Shown here: positions 1-10,376 of the stretch, piece by piece
Layout of the letters: each line of letters opens with the position of its first letter
Position numbering within the stretch: the stretch's first letter is position 1
Source: an uncultured cyanobacterium
GTDB lineage: Bacteria; Cyanobacteriota; Cyanobacteriia; Cyanobacteriales; Nostocaceae
Direction of reading: 5' to 3'
Assembly (NCBI GenBank): GCA_963740315.1
Contig: CAVUDP010000002.1
Coordinates: 3,552,001-3,616,000 of the forward strand
DNA length: 64,000 nucleotides
The notes under the pieces: model-generated
The model's database searches: none
Seen by the model: only the letters and a program-made list of their open reading frames with translations
What the model was told of the DNA's origin: nothing
Made by a program: the position numbers and the translations under genes

Positions 1-102
1 CGTCCCCGGCGGATGTACCAAGTTTCCCCTGAATGGCAAACTCAAGCTCAAGATTTAGCTCGTCTTTGGCACGAATACATTAAGCGGAGAACATTGGAGT
101 AA
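1..102 (+). CDS. pex: 3' end of PadR-family regulator Pex (circadian period extender), partial
   Basis: Frame 1 reads RPRRMYQVSPEWQTQAQDLARLWHEYIKRRTLE*, matching the recalled C-terminus of cyanobacterial Pex. Not in the ORF track because it is cut by the window edge. Confidence 0.8.
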   Translation, partial: RPRRMYQVSPEWQTQAQDLARLWHEYIKRRTLE

Positions 103-164
103 ATAGGGCAATTTAGCTAATAATAATGGTAATTGTTGTTTCTAATTGCACTTATTAATTTGTT

Positions 165-686
165 ATGGATACTGCTATTCTGCCATCCACCTTGTTGCTA
201 ACTTTATTAATGTCGGTCGGATTAGTTTTCTTTATTAAGGCTTCTACCAAAGACCGTATTGAAAAAGCACAACTGGTATCCCAACTTCCGGAAGCTTCTT
301 TAATGCCTCAATTAAAGGAGTATTTTCGGGCGCGGTCTTATCGAGTGGCAGCGGTAGACGCGCAAAACAATCAAGTAACTATGACTGGCTTTGTTAAACC
401 CAGCTGGTTTTTAGCCATATTTTTGACTGTTCTTGCCGCTGTTGGTTTTATGAGCCTATCTTTAGTTATTTCTCTGCTTTTTTCTAGTCAAAGTATGCTT
501 TTTTACGGGATAGTCTTGCTATCCCCCTTAAGCGGTATTTTTTATTGGAAAAAAGCGGGAAGAGTCGAAAATGTGTCGCTGACGGTTGAAAATACCGACA
601 GCGAACAAGATACTAAAATTATTGTAATTGCCCATAGAGATGAAATTATCTCTTTAGAAGAGGCATTACATTTAAAAAGGGTGTAA
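165..686 (+). CDS. ccb1: Cofactor assembly of complex C subunit B (Ccb1/DUF3529), membrane protein
   Basis: STLLLTLL..VGL.FFIKAS.KDR N-terminus, YWKKAGR.E motif, AHRDE near the C-terminus; about 3 TM segments. Confidence 0.75.
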   Translation: MDTAILPSTLLLTLLMSVGLVFFIKASTKDRIEKAQLVSQLPEASLMPQLKEYFRARSYRVAAVDAQNNQVTMTGFVKPSWFLAIFLTVLAAVGFMSLSLVISLLFSSQSMLFYGIVLLSPLSGIFYWKKAGRVENVSLTVENTDSEQDTKIIVIAHRDEIISLEEALHLKRV

Positions 687-719
687 TTTCTGATTCGACT
701 CGCATCTAAATGTTTCTTT

Positions 720-744
720 CAAGGCATAAGTTTTTATTGCCTTG
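720..744 (+). terminator. Hairpin downstream of ccb1, possible terminator
   Basis: CAAGGCA...TGCCTTG inverted repeat about 35 nt after the stop codon. Confidence 0.4.
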
Positions 745-1475
745 AGTGAAATAAAGATTTCTATATGAGTCTAAACATCCTCAGAATTTAAACTTTGCCA
801 GGTCATTCGTTGACTTATAGCGTAGCTAAAGCCTGCTTGGATTTAAACCACTTGTTATATAAGGGTTTTATTCCGCCCAGATTAGTTGATTTTAGCTGCT
901 TTATTTTCGGATTTTAAGATGGCTGCGAAACACAATTGGGAATCGCTGTTAGAGCAATTGCGGACGGAATGGAAAATAGTTAGTTTTTAAATGACTTTAA
1001 TCCAGGAACTAACTAAAAACCTGTATTTTAAGACAAATGTCAGATTTAGAAAGGGTAATCCGAATAAGCGTACTACTATAGTGTTTGAATTTCTCTAAGT
1101 ACAGCAACTAATGGGGCTAAACTCGGTAAATTCACGCTACTTGTAGCTCTGCTGAACCCTTACACCCAGGGTCAACCCAAAAGAGTGCATATCGCTATCC
1201 TAATCGAATCAAATAGGAATGCTCTTAAATAGTTGACTAAACTGTCTCTAAAAAATAATTAATCCTCATGCTAACGAATAAACCATACAAAAATTAAACT
1301 TGTATGGAGCTAACCTTCTTACAAAAGCTGCTTTATCGAACCGATTTTACTGGCAAATAATTTCAAAACTTTAAAAAAACATAAACATTTCAAAAAAACG
1401 CATCATTTTGCCAGTTAATAGATGATTGTCCAAAGCCACACTCAATGCTTAAGACAAATAATCCGCAATGCCCGT

Positions 1476-1796
1476 TTATCGAGCAGCTGCTACGGCTAAT
1501 GCTTCCGGAATTGAAGAAGGTTCCATTGTTCTTAAACTCGGAAACAGAAAATGATTTTCTTCTACGTACTGAGCGCCAAACAGACCTTTTTCAGCCCAAA
1601 AATAACGGTCTGTAGTATGCTCGTTACGTTTTACTAGCAACAAAGCAGGTGGAAGTATACCTTCAGCTTGAATGTACTTTCTAGCTGCTGTCACAGGTTT
1701 ATCTTCACCACTTTCGATGCTATATTGAGGCACGTGTTCTAGAATACGTCGTCCTTCCTGACGGCGACGGCTTTTACGCTTCCTTCTCCTTGCCAA
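1476..1796 (-). CDS. DUF3155 family conserved cyanobacterial protein
   Basis: MARRRKRKSRRRQEGRRIL...TTDRYFWAEKGLFGAQY is characteristic of this family. Confidence 0.8.
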   Translation of the reverse strand: MARRRKRKSRRRQEGRRILEHVPQYSIESGEDKPVTAARKYIQAEGILPPALLLVKRNEHTTDRYFWAEKGLFGAQYVEENHFLFPSLRTMEPSSIPEALAVAAAR

Positions 1797-2073
1797 AATA
1801 TTTTCCTCCTCTTGTTAGCTCCAGATTGTAGTTATAGCTACAAAATCCGAGCCAATTATAAAAGTTTTAATCAAAAAAATCAATGGGTTTTAACTATTTG
1901 AAACTAGAAAAAATTATTTCATTGTAAATAAATAGAAAGTATTGAGTAATATAATGCAATTAATCAATTATTACGACTCAAAATTAGTTAAGCTTTGTAA
2001 AAAGGGTGATGTCTACCCTTGGTTGTTTTAGAATTTCAGTTTTTGTACAATCGCGAGCCAGAAGAATCCGTTT

Positions 2074-3369
2074 ATGATCGTTTCTGCCAGTTCAGAGTTT
2101 GTTGCTCTGTGCCGAGAACAATTGGCACTACTAGCTACAGGGTTAGGAGCATCTTTGAGCGTTGTATATTTAACGCAAGAATTGGCAGAGGTACCACAGA
2201 CGGGGGAAGCCAACTTAATTCCTGTGGCAATTTATCCAGATACAGCGGTAGTAGGACTTGAGCATCAGTTAGCTTTACCGTCTGTTAATCGCTATTTATT
2301 AAGTTCCTCATCAATTAGTTCGCATAATGATTATGTAGCAAATCAAGCTCAAGAAAACAATCAAGAATACTTGATGGACGGCGACCAAATTGTTTTACCA
2401 TTAATTCACGACTCGGTGATGATGGGGTTATTAGTAACTGGTAGAGAAGATCGTAGTTGGAAGGAAAGCGAGCGCACTCAAATCGAGCGTATAGCTCAAA
2501 GTTTAGCGATCGCTTGCATTATGGATCGGCGACGTGCTTGGTTGGCAAGCCAGCTGCATCAACATCAAATCATGCAAGAAAAGCAGTTGGATTTGATGGA
2601 TAATTTATTACATCAATTTCGCAATCCGCTAACGGCTTTACGAACGTTTGGCAAACTGCTAACAAAGCGATTGCGATCGAAAGATGCAAATCGAGAAGCT
2701 GCTTTATCTATTGTTAGGGAAAGCGATAGACTTAAAGAATTATTACAAAAGTTTGACGAAGCAATTGATTTGACTCCAGAAGATTTACTTCCATCAAAAT
2801 TATCCGCAAAAAATCAAGTAGAAGTAGAAGCAACTGTAGAAGAATATAAACCTTTATTATTATTAAATGGCACAGAACAACTTGTTGATTTTAATTTAAA
2901 TGAGGTATTGCAGCCGTTATTAATATCAGCCAAAGCAATAGCACAAGAGCGTTCTCTACAACTAGTAGTTAAAGTCGATCGCAATTTACCCTTGGTACGA
3001 GGTAATACCAAAGCATTACGAGAAGTATTAAGTAATATTATTGATAATGCTTTGAAGTATACGAAAGCAGGCGGTAAAATTTTAGTTGAAACGATCGAAG
3101 ATAAAGTTAATTATTTGGCAATTGCTATTAGCGATAACGGACCGGGAATTCCCCAACAAGATTTAGAACGTCTTGGAGAAAGAGGTTATCGAGGCGTACA
3201 GGCTGAAACTAAAATTCCCGGTTCCGGATTGGGATTAGCTATAGCCAAACAGTTGGTAGAACAAATGCAGGGCGAAATAGAAGTTTTCAGCCCTGCGACT
3301 CGTTTTGCTATTTATACACCTGATACCCAAGGAACTACGTTTATTGTTCGCTTACCGTCCGTAAACTGA
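2074..3369 (+). CDS. GAF-domain sensor histidine kinase
   Basis: N-terminal GAF-like region; H-box LHQFRNPL, N-box NIIDNALKY, G1 DNGPGI, G2 GSGLGL. Confidence 0.9.
   Translation: MIVSASSEFVALCREQLALLATGLGASLSVVYLTQELAEVPQTGEANLIPVAIYPDTAVVGLEHQLALPSVNRYLLSSSSISSHNDYVANQAQENNQEYLMDGDQIVLPLIHDSVMMGLLVTGREDRSWKESERTQIERIAQSLAIACIMDRRRAWLASQLHQHQIMQEKQLDLMDNLLHQFRNPLTALRTFGKLLTKRLRSKDANREAALSIVRESDRLKELLQKFDEAIDLTPEDLLPSKLSAKNQVEVEATVEEYKPLLLLNGTEQLVDFNLNEVLQPLLISAKAIAQERSLQLVVKVDRNLPLVRGNTKALREVLSNIIDNALKYTKAGGKILVETIEDKVNYLAIAISDNGPGIPQQDLERLGERGYRGVQAETKIPGSGLGLAIAKQLVEQMQGEIEVFSPATRFAIYTPDTQGTTFIVRLPSVN
2506..2513. repeat. HIP1 octamer GCGATCGC (one representative; many copies across the window)
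   Basis: Exact copies at e.g. 2506, 28367, 28491, 28914 and 35777. Established cyanobacterial highly iterated palindrome. Confidence 0.95.
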
Positions 3370-3530
3370 AGGTTAAAGGTCAAAGGTCAAAGGTTAAAGG
3401 TTAAAAATAAGGTAGGAGTTAGGAGTTAGAAGTACTTCGACAAGCTCAGTAACCTTTAGGAATTAAGAATTAGTAGTTTAATTTTCTCCTTGTCCCCTTG
3501 TCCCCTTGTCCCCTTGTCCCCCCATCTCCT
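3370..3530. repeat. STRR cluster (GGTTAAA/GGTCAAA, GGAGTTA, TTGTCCCC units) with an embedded small dispersed repeat
   Basis: Tandem 7-8-mers between convergent genes; a 27-bp element lies at 3431-3457. Confidence 0.9.
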
Positions 3531-3538
3531 TATTCTCT

Positions 3539-4774
3539 TTATCGTAATGAAACGTTGAAGCTTTCACCGATGGTCATTTCTAAATCGGTATTTGGATCGA
3601 TAACAATCAAGTCAACACTCTTCTTATTGAAGAAGATACCAGTTATTGCACCGATCGCCGCACCACCTAAAACTTCCTCGGTTGCTACAGCGCGATCGCC
3701 AGTGACGGCAGCGACAGCAGCAGCAGCACCAGCACCTAATGCGGTGTTCTTGATGATACCTTGTGTACTGGTACCTTTTTTAACGGTTTCAGTTTTGGTA
3801 ATTACTCCAGAAGTTGCAGTGATATTATATTCTTTTCCATTAGGCAACATCAGTTTTTGAGCAACGAACTGAGAACCACCATTCACAGGTTGAAGTTTAC
3901 CCTCAACGCTAGATCCTGCGGGAATTACTAGAATTTCGGTATCGGTAATTACGTTTTGCGAGATAGTTAAAGTCAAAGGTGCTGTTTCATCCTTGGTGAC
4001 AAGAATTTTCTTAGCTTTGTCGTATCTAACGGGAAGCACAGTTCCTCGGGGGATGGTAATATCCTTCGCTATTGGAGTACCGATATCCACGATGTAAGAC
4101 GAGTCGATCGCGGTGGCTTGATTGGTGCTAACTAAAGCTTGGTAAATATAAGCCGCTACATCTGCACGGGTTGCAATTCCTTTGGGATTGAGGAATTTAG
4201 TATTGGGATAGTTAACTACCAATCGCTTTTCTGTCGCTGCGGCGATAGGGCTGCGAGCATAATCAGAGATGTTATAGGCATCGTTGTAATATCCCAGCGT
4301 GGCTTGAGGATTATTAGCAACATAGTCTAAACCGTTGGAAAGAGAAACCAACACCTGCTCGCGAGGAATATTCTGAGTAGGGCGGAAAACTCTACCGGGA
4401 TATCCAGATAAGAAACCAGTGGTGTAAGCCTCTTGAATCGCACTGTAAGCCCAATAGTTAGATGAAACATCAACAAAGTTAATTGCCTGTCTTTCTTGAC
4501 GTTTGTTGAAAGCTTTGCGAACCATCGCAGCATATTGAGAGCGCGTTACTGGTGCATCAGGGCGGAAGCTACCATCGGGGAATCCGGCGATAACTCCTCG
4601 CTGTGCTAATTCTTTAATAAAACTTGCTGCCCAATAGTTAGATGAAACATCATAAAAACCATTAGTTTGAGCGAAGGATGGTGCGGGTGCTACTAATGGC
4701 GCTACAGCACTTGCTGTAATACCCAAAGCCATGAATGCAGCACATTTTGATTTCCAACGATTTAGGTTAGACAT
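3539..4774 (-). CDS. S-layer homology (SLH) domain protein with C-terminal glycine-zipper/TrbI-like region
   Basis: Signal peptide; SLH repeats (FYDVSSNYWA..., GFPDGSFRPDAPVTR, GYPGRVFRP); C-terminal GAGAAAAVAAVTGD segment. Confidence 0.85.
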   Translation of the reverse strand: MSNLNRWKSKCAAFMALGITASAVAPLVAPAPSFAQTNGFYDVSSNYWAASFIKELAQRGVIAGFPDGSFRPDAPVTRSQYAAMVRKAFNKRQERQAINFVDVSSNYWAYSAIQEAYTTGFLSGYPGRVFRPTQNIPREQVLVSLSNGLDYVANNPQATLGYYNDAYNISDYARSPIAAATEKRLVVNYPNTKFLNPKGIATRADVAAYIYQALVSTNQATAIDSSYIVDIGTPIAKDITIPRGTVLPVRYDKAKKILVTKDETAPLTLTISQNVITDTEILVIPAGSSVEGKLQPVNGGSQFVAQKLMLPNGKEYNITATSGVITKTETVKKGTSTQGIIKNTALGAGAAAAVAAVTGDRAVATEEVLGGAAIGAITGIFFNKKSVDLIVIDPNTDLEMTIGESFNVSLR

Positions 4775-4820
4775 TGAATCTTTCTCCCCAACAATTCAGT
4801 TTAATTCTGTTAATTATTTT

Positions 4821-4845
4821 GACAATATCTCGGTCTAAAAGTTCC
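4821..4845 (-). promoter_or_regulatory. ECF sigma (SigG/sigmaE-type) promoter motif GGAAC-N17-GTC
   Basis: Minus strand reads GGAAC ttttagaccgagatatt GTCA, 46 nt upstream of the SLH gene start. Confidence 0.65.
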
Positions 4846-4946
4846 GAGTGTTTTTAATGTTTAGAGTTTAATCTAGACAGATAAAACTAAGTTTATATTA
4901 CTAATAGACTTCGCTTTATAAAGACTATTAGCATTTAATTTACTCA

Positions 4947-4971
4947 GACGCGCAGTTGATAGAATAGTTGC
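4947..4971 (-). promoter_or_regulatory. Second ECF-type promoter motif GCAAC-N17-GTC
   Basis: Minus strand GCAAC, 17 nt, GTCT; same spacing as the neighbouring site. Confidence 0.45.
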
Positions 4972-5479
4972 CTTAATTCCACATATTTTACGTGTTTGCT
5001 ATATATGCATGTTTAAAATGAGGCTAGCTATATTAAGTAGCCTTAAAGAGTTAATCAGTTATTTATCAAGGCTTATATCTATCAGCGACATCTCAAGCCA
5101 TGTATCGCTTTATCCAGTTTAACCATGCTGCCACCCAAACGTCTATAACAAACAGACTTACAGCTAGATTAGTTTTTAATTGATAAGATGTCAGCTTGAA
5201 CAGCCCTGCGATAATTACTACAATACGTTCGTTTATAGTCTTTATACTTCTTTTTATACAGCTAGTCGATTTGAATATCGGGACTACTTGAAAAGAATTT
5301 ACTACACCCGAAGTTATACCACCGGAGTTAGGAGTTAGGAGTTAGGAGTTATAAGTAGATTATCTCCTTGTCTCCTGCGGCTCATCTCCAAAAAAAATCA
5401 AACCACCGTACACTTAAGCGTTTGAAGTGACGATGGCTTTAGATAAAAGTTAGACGAAAATTATGCCGCTAAATTAATT

Positions 5480-6145
5480 TTAGAAGCGGGATAATAATAA
5501 ATTAGAACGCAAAGTCACATCTAAATCGTTTGCAGGGTTGATAACTACAACTTCTACCGATCTGCGATTTAATAAGATACTTGCTAAAGCACCCGCAGCA
5601 GCACCAGCGATCGGTTCTAAAGTTTCAATTTTACGGTTTCCTGTTAACAGTGAAATTACGGTTGCAGCAGCCGTACCGTAAGCAGCATCTGTCAAAATTT
5701 TACTCGTACTAGAACCTTTTTTAATTGTTTCTTTTGTGGTAACTACCGCCGAAGTTGCATCGATACTCTGCTTTCTACCATCGGGAAAAACTAACTCTCG
5801 TGCGACGAATCGAGAACCTTTTTCACCTCTGAAAGTTGCTGGTTCCAATTGTCCCACAAGTTCGCTGCCGCGAGGAATTAATATGTTTCTGTTGCTATCA
5901 ATAATATTGGTTGCAACTGTTAAAGTTAAGTCCGAAGTTTCATCGGGTGTAACAACAACTTTCTCTTTGTCAAAAGTAACGGGAAGTCTCACCCCTGAAG
6001 GTATGGAAATCCCTCTCGATCTTTGTCCGAAAATAGCTTGTGCGGTAGCGGGGGTTGATACTAATATAGGAGCAGCCGCAGCAGTTGTAATGCTCAGTGC
6101 TAAAAATGCGGCGGTTCCAGATTTCCAACGATGAAAGCCTGTCAT
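5480..6145 (-). CDS. Secreted paralogue of the C-terminal half of the adjacent SLH protein (often labelled TrbI-like)
   Basis: Same RWKS..AAF.AL.IT signal peptide and I.IP.G..LPV...K..VT.DET..LTLT / ITKTETVKKG-like region; no SLH repeats. Confidence 0.75.
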   Translation of the reverse strand: MTGFHRWKSGTAAFLALSITTAAAAPILVSTPATAQAIFGQRSRGISIPSGVRLPVTFDKEKVVVTPDETSDLTLTVATNIIDSNRNILIPRGSELVGQLEPATFRGEKGSRFVARELVFPDGRKQSIDATSAVVTTKETIKKGSSTSKILTDAAYGTAAATVISLLTGNRKIETLEPIAGAAAGALASILLNRRSVEVVVINPANDLDVTLRSNLLLSRF

Positions 6146-6180
6146 AAGAGAATTCCTTTAGTCTTGAGACTGTATGTTAT

Positions 6181-6205
6181 GACGGGAAGATAATAATATT
6201 GTTTC
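6181..6205 (-). promoter_or_regulatory. ECF-type promoter motif GAAAC-N17-GTC
   Basis: Minus strand GAAAC, 17 nt, GTCA; 35 nt upstream of the ATG at 6145. Confidence 0.6.
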
Positions 6206-6337
6206 TAAATTGTTTCTAGAAAATTATTAAGTTAGGCATAGGGCATAGAACATTGAGCGTTGGGAATTGCCAAATCATTCTATAGATTATTTTGTATCTT
6301 TCTGTAGATATAATTTAGAGTATTAAACGTGAATGAT

Positions 6338-6362
6338 GACGCTAATTTTTTTACATTGTTCC
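6338..6362 (-). promoter_or_regulatory. ECF-type promoter motif GGAAC-N17-GTC
   Basis: Minus strand GGAAC aatgtaaaaaaattagc GTCA. Confidence 0.55.
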
Positions 6363-6483
6363 TATATTTTTATGTAGCATTTTTTAGTTTTTTTAATTCT
6401 ATTAAGAAACCCGGCTTTTTTTAAACCAGGTTTCTCAATGGTGGAAATTTTTCTAGACAATGCATCAAAAATGCATCAAACCT

Positions 6484-9400
6484 TCAAAAAACAAAACTGT
6501 TGTCAGCGTTAGCCGATAGGTTTTCGACTGTTACCCCTTGCATGACAATCAAAGTAAATGGAGTGAAGCAGCTACGATCGCCATTTACATCGATTTGCAC
6601 AAGAGCATCCCCTTGGCTGTTGGAACCAAAGCTGACGTAACCATCGCCAATTGCATCGGAACCTTTGTAATTTAGCCTCGACAGTAGTTGTGTCAGAACA
6701 ATTTTGTCGCTACCAACTTCAAAATCGGTAATGATATCTGCCCGATCGCGCGTGGAAGTATAAATAAATTGGTCATCACCACCGCCTCCGGTGAGCATAT
6801 CGGAACCTCGCGAACCTGTAATCAGATTATCGCCGCTGTTACCTGTAATAACATCGCGCCCTGATGTACCAAGGATCGAGCGAGGATTAACTGTTACCGA
6901 AACTGTTGCGTTATCTGTTGCGTTTCCATCGCTGAGGGTATATTCAAAACTCGCCGCACCGTTGAAATCAGCATCGGGGGTGAATACTACATTATTATTG
7001 ATGTTGACAACGCTACCGTTAATCGCATTACTAACGCTCGCAATTGAAAGAGTATTATTTTCAGCATCGCGATCGTTATCTAATAGTTGTGCAACCGTAA
7101 TATTTACTGCTTGGTTTTCCTCTGCGGTTACTGTATCGTTGACTGCAACAGGTGCATCGTTAACTGGATTAACCGTAATATCGAAATCTGAACCAATGCT
7201 GCCACCCGCACCATCTGTTACCTCAAATTTAAAGCTGTCAGAAATGGTTTCGCTACCGTTGTGGTTGTAGATGAGACGGTTGTTGTTAATATCAGCTTGG
7301 GTAAAGGTGTTGTTGAGAGCTAAATTATTTCCGTTAAGCAACAAATTACCGTTGTCTGTGGTGTCGGTGAGTTTATAAGTAATTTCAGAAGCAGTGTTAT
7401 CTGTATCTGTCACCTGTAGCTGAGTTGAGGTGATATTACCCGTTGCATCTTCGTCTACCGTTAAGCCGTTGTTGTTAGCTAGTACGGGGTTTTGATTAAT
7501 TCCGTTGATAGTAACCGTAACTGTAGCAGTATCTGTTAAACCATTGCCGTCGTTGATAGTGTAGGTAAAGCGATCGGTTGCAGTCTCACCTGGATTCAAA
7601 GATTCAAATTGTCCGTTGGGATTGTAAATGATATTGTCACCGTTGATAGTAGCGCTACCTATGGGGGAACCAGCAATTCCTATAATGTTTAGAGTATTGC
7701 CTTCAGAATCGGTGTCGTTTGCGAGTACGTTTACAGTAACGCTGTTTTCTTCTAAGGTTGTTGCAGTATCATCATTGGCAACAGGTGCATCGTTAACTGG
7801 ATTAACCGTAATATCGAAATCTGAACCAATGCTGCCACCCGCACCATCTGTTACCTCAAATTTAAAGCTGTCAGAAATGGTTTCGCTACCGTTGTGGTTG
7901 TAGATGAGACGGTTGTTGTTAATATCAGCTTGGGTAAAGGTGTTGTTGAGAGCTAAATTATTTCCGTTAAGCAACAAATTACCGTTGTCTGTGGTATCGG
8001 TAAGTTTGTAAGTAATTTCAGAAGCAGTGTTATCTGTATCTGTCACCTGTAACTGAGTTGAGGTGATATTACCCGTTGCATCTTCGTCTACCGTTAAGCC
8101 GTTGTTGTTAGCTAGTACGGGGTTTTGATTAATTCCGTTGATAGTAACGGTAACTGTAGCAGTATCTGTTAAACCATTGCCGTCGTTGATAGTGTAGGTA
8201 AAGCGATCGGTTGCAGTCTCACCTGGATTCAAAGATTCAAATTGTCCGTTGGGATTGTAAATGATATTGTCACCGTTGATAGTAGCGCTACCTATGGGGG
8301 AACCAGCAATTCCTGTAATGTTTAGAGTATTGCCTTCAGAATCGGTGTCGTTTGCGAGTACGTTTAGAGTAACGCTGTTTTCTTCTAAGGTTGTTGCAGT
8401 ATCATCATTGGCAACAGGTGCATCATTAACTGGATTAACTGTAATACCAAAGGTTTGGGAGTTAATACTACCACCCGCACCATCTGTTACCTCAAATTTA
8501 AAGCTGTCAGAAATGGTTTCGCTACCGTTGTGATTGTAGATGAGACGGTTGTTGTTAATATCAGCTTGGGTAAAGGTGTTGTTGAGAGCTAAATTATTTC
8601 CGTTAAGCAACAAATTACCGTTGTCTGTGGTGTCGGTGAGTTTATAAGTAATTTCAGAAGCAGTGTTATCTGTATCTGTCACCTGTAGCTGAGTTGAGGT
8701 GATATTACCCGTTGCATCTTCGTCTACCGTTAAGCCGTTGTTGTTAGCTAGTACGGGGTTTTGATTAAATGTTTCTGTGGCGAGTATAGTTGCAGCTTGT
8801 ACACCCAGCAGTAAAGCTAATTGTTCGCCATTATCATCACTGATAATCCAGCTATCATTGGCATTGTTACCAGTGCCTTGCATAACACTCAGTTGCTCAA
8901 AGCTTAAACCTCCAGATAATCTCAGCGAATCTTGATTAACTGAAAAATCGGTAATAGTATCAGTTCCTTCACCAAGGGTTAAAACAAATGTGTCTCTACC
9001 TATTCCCCCGGTAAGAGTGTCTTCTCCCTGATTACCAATAATCACGTCATCGCCAGCGCCACCTTCAATAATATTGTTATTCGCATTACCTGTAAGTCGA
9101 TCGTTATAAGCTGTACCTACAATATTGTTGATATTGATTAGAGTATCCTGGCTGCTTTTAATCCAGTCATACCAGCTATTCGCAATCTTTTCGTAACCTT
9201 GCAATGAAGGATGAACTCCATCAAAAATATCATCTACGGTTAACGCTTTATTCACATCAACAAAAGTTACCTTTTTGCCTAGTGCTATTTTTTCCTCAAC
9301 AATGCCAGGTATTTGAGCGTTGTAAATCTTAGCATTATCGCTTTGAGTTTGTCTTAGAGATGGATCTAACGGCGGAATTGAAGCTACTAAAACATGAGTT

Positions 9401-9948
9401 GTTGGGGATTGGTTGGTAATTTTATCTAGTAAAGCACTCAAGCGATCGTCAGCCCCCGAAGGATTGGTATCGCTTTTCGTATCGTTAGTACCAATCATCA
9501 GCAGCAACATATCTGGCTGCCGTGTGTTTAACCAACCAGTAATATTGTCAGAGATAAACTGAATACGTTTACCACTATACCCTTCGTGTTCGTTATCCTC
9601 AAAAGCACCAGTTTTTTGCGAGCCGACAAAATCTACAGCTTCACCAAAACCATCAGCAATCAATTTTTGATTTAAGAAATTTCGATAGCCACCACTATCG
9701 TTGTTTTTAGGCTTATCCGCAATTTCAGTATTTGTGAAACCATATGTAATCGAGTCGCCAACAGGTAAAATCTTAAAGGGGTTTTGAATTGATGGCGTAA
9801 ATTCACGAGTAACAATTCCCGTACTCAAATCAGCAATAATACCGTCAGTTGCTTGAACGTAATTAACGGCATTAAACTGAGCGTCACCAGAGAACATTTG
9901 ATTTGCAGCGCCACCAATGAAAGAGTTATCTTTAGAAATATTACTCAT
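6484..9948 (-). CDS. Type I-secreted RTX protein: SGNH/GDSL esterase + Ca-binding repeats + cadherin-like/Ig-like (Big_9) repeats
   Basis: GDSITYG, GTND and DGVHP SGNH blocks; GGAGDD and GGGGDD RTX nonapeptides; VNPVNDAPVA Ig junctions; C-terminal ITDFEVGSDKI T1SS-target-like tail. Confidence 0.85.
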   Translation of the reverse strand: MSNISKDNSFIGGAANQMFSGDAQFNAVNYVQATDGIIADLSTGIVTREFTPSIQNPFKILPVGDSITYGFTNTEIADKPKNNDSGGYRNFLNQKLIADGFGEAVDFVGSQKTGAFEDNEHEGYSGKRIQFISDNITGWLNTRQPDMLLLMIGTNDTKSDTNPSGADDRLSALLDKITNQSPTTHVLVASIPPLDPSLRQTQSDNAKIYNAQIPGIVEEKIALGKKVTFVDVNKALTVDDIFDGVHPSLQGYEKIANSWYDWIKSSQDTLININNIVGTAYNDRLTGNANNNIIEGGAGDDVIIGNQGEDTLTGGIGRDTFVLTLGEGTDTITDFSVNQDSLRLSGGLSFEQLSVMQGTGNNANDSWIISDDNGEQLALLLGVQAATILATETFNQNPVLANNNGLTVDEDATGNITSTQLQVTDTDNTASEITYKLTDTTDNGNLLLNGNNLALNNTFTQADINNNRLIYNHNGSETISDSFKFEVTDGAGGSINSQTFGITVNPVNDAPVANDDTATTLEENSVTLNVLANDTDSEGNTLNITGIAGSPIGSATINGDNIIYNPNGQFESLNPGETATDRFTYTINDGNGLTDTATVTVTINGINQNPVLANNNGLTVDEDATGNITSTQLQVTDTDNTASEITYKLTDTTDNGNLLLNGNNLALNNTFTQADINNNRLIYNHNGSETISDSFKFEVTDGAGGSIGSDFDITVNPVNDAPVANDDTATTLEENSVTVNVLANDTDSEGNTLNIIGIAGSPIGSATINGDNIIYNPNGQFESLNPGETATDRFTYTINDGNGLTDTATVTVTINGINQNPVLANNNGLTVDEDATGNITSTQLQVTDTDNTASEITYKLTDTTDNGNLLLNGNNLALNNTFTQADINNNRLIYNHNGSETISDSFKFEVTDGAGGSIGSDFDITVNPVNDAPVAVNDTVTAEENQAVNITVAQLLDNDRDAENNTLSIASVSNAINGSVVNINNNVVFTPDADFNGAASFEYTLSDGNATDNATVSVTVNPRSILGTSGRDVITGNSGDNLITGSRGSDMLTGGGGDDQFIYTSTRDRADIITDFEVGSDKIVLTQLLSRLNYKGSDAIGDGYVSFGSNSQGDALVQIDVNGDRSCFTPFTLIVMQGVTVENLSANADNSFVF
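7145..8768. repeat. Intragenic near-identical tandem repeat, period 633 bp (about 2.6 copies)
   Basis: GCAACAGGTGCATC recurs at 7145, 7778 and 8411; units differ by only a few substitutions. Confidence 0.95.
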
Positions 9949-10376
9949 AGTTACTCTTCAAGTATAAAAACACAATTAATTTATAGACTTTAATTAGATG
10001 CTAATAGTAGAGAATTGCTTTGAAACAGTCCTCTTAATCATAATTAGATACTAATCATAGTAAGTATTTTTTTTAAAGTAATAAATATACGAAAAGCACT
10101 AATTTATTAAATCTTTAATTACTTATCAAAAATATGTGAATTAATACCGACAAACCAAAAGCTTGCTATTATTGTTTTAATAAAAATATTTATTGAAACA
10201 TTTTTTCAAGTTAAAGTTTTAAATTGAATTTGCTATTAATAAATAAAAGTAAGTCAGTTATTGAAAATTGATAAAATTCAAGCAAAAATACTTGCAGCAA
10301 CAAATGCTTGAGGTGTTGATAAAAAAGATTACCCTTTTTGCGCGACAATAGAATTTAGCTCAAATTCATCTCTGGC

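Noticed and set aside
1..102. Functional link between pex and the KaiC-like operon
   Set aside because: They are 32 kb apart with unrelated genes between; nothing in the sequence links them.
6791..8533. Repeated plus-strand ORFs (6791-7270, 7628-7903, 8261-8533)
   Set aside because: Antisense shadows of the repeated adhesin domains.
7145..8768. DGR template/variable repeat pair
   Set aside because: In-frame domain duplications with few differences; no reverse transcriptase in the window.
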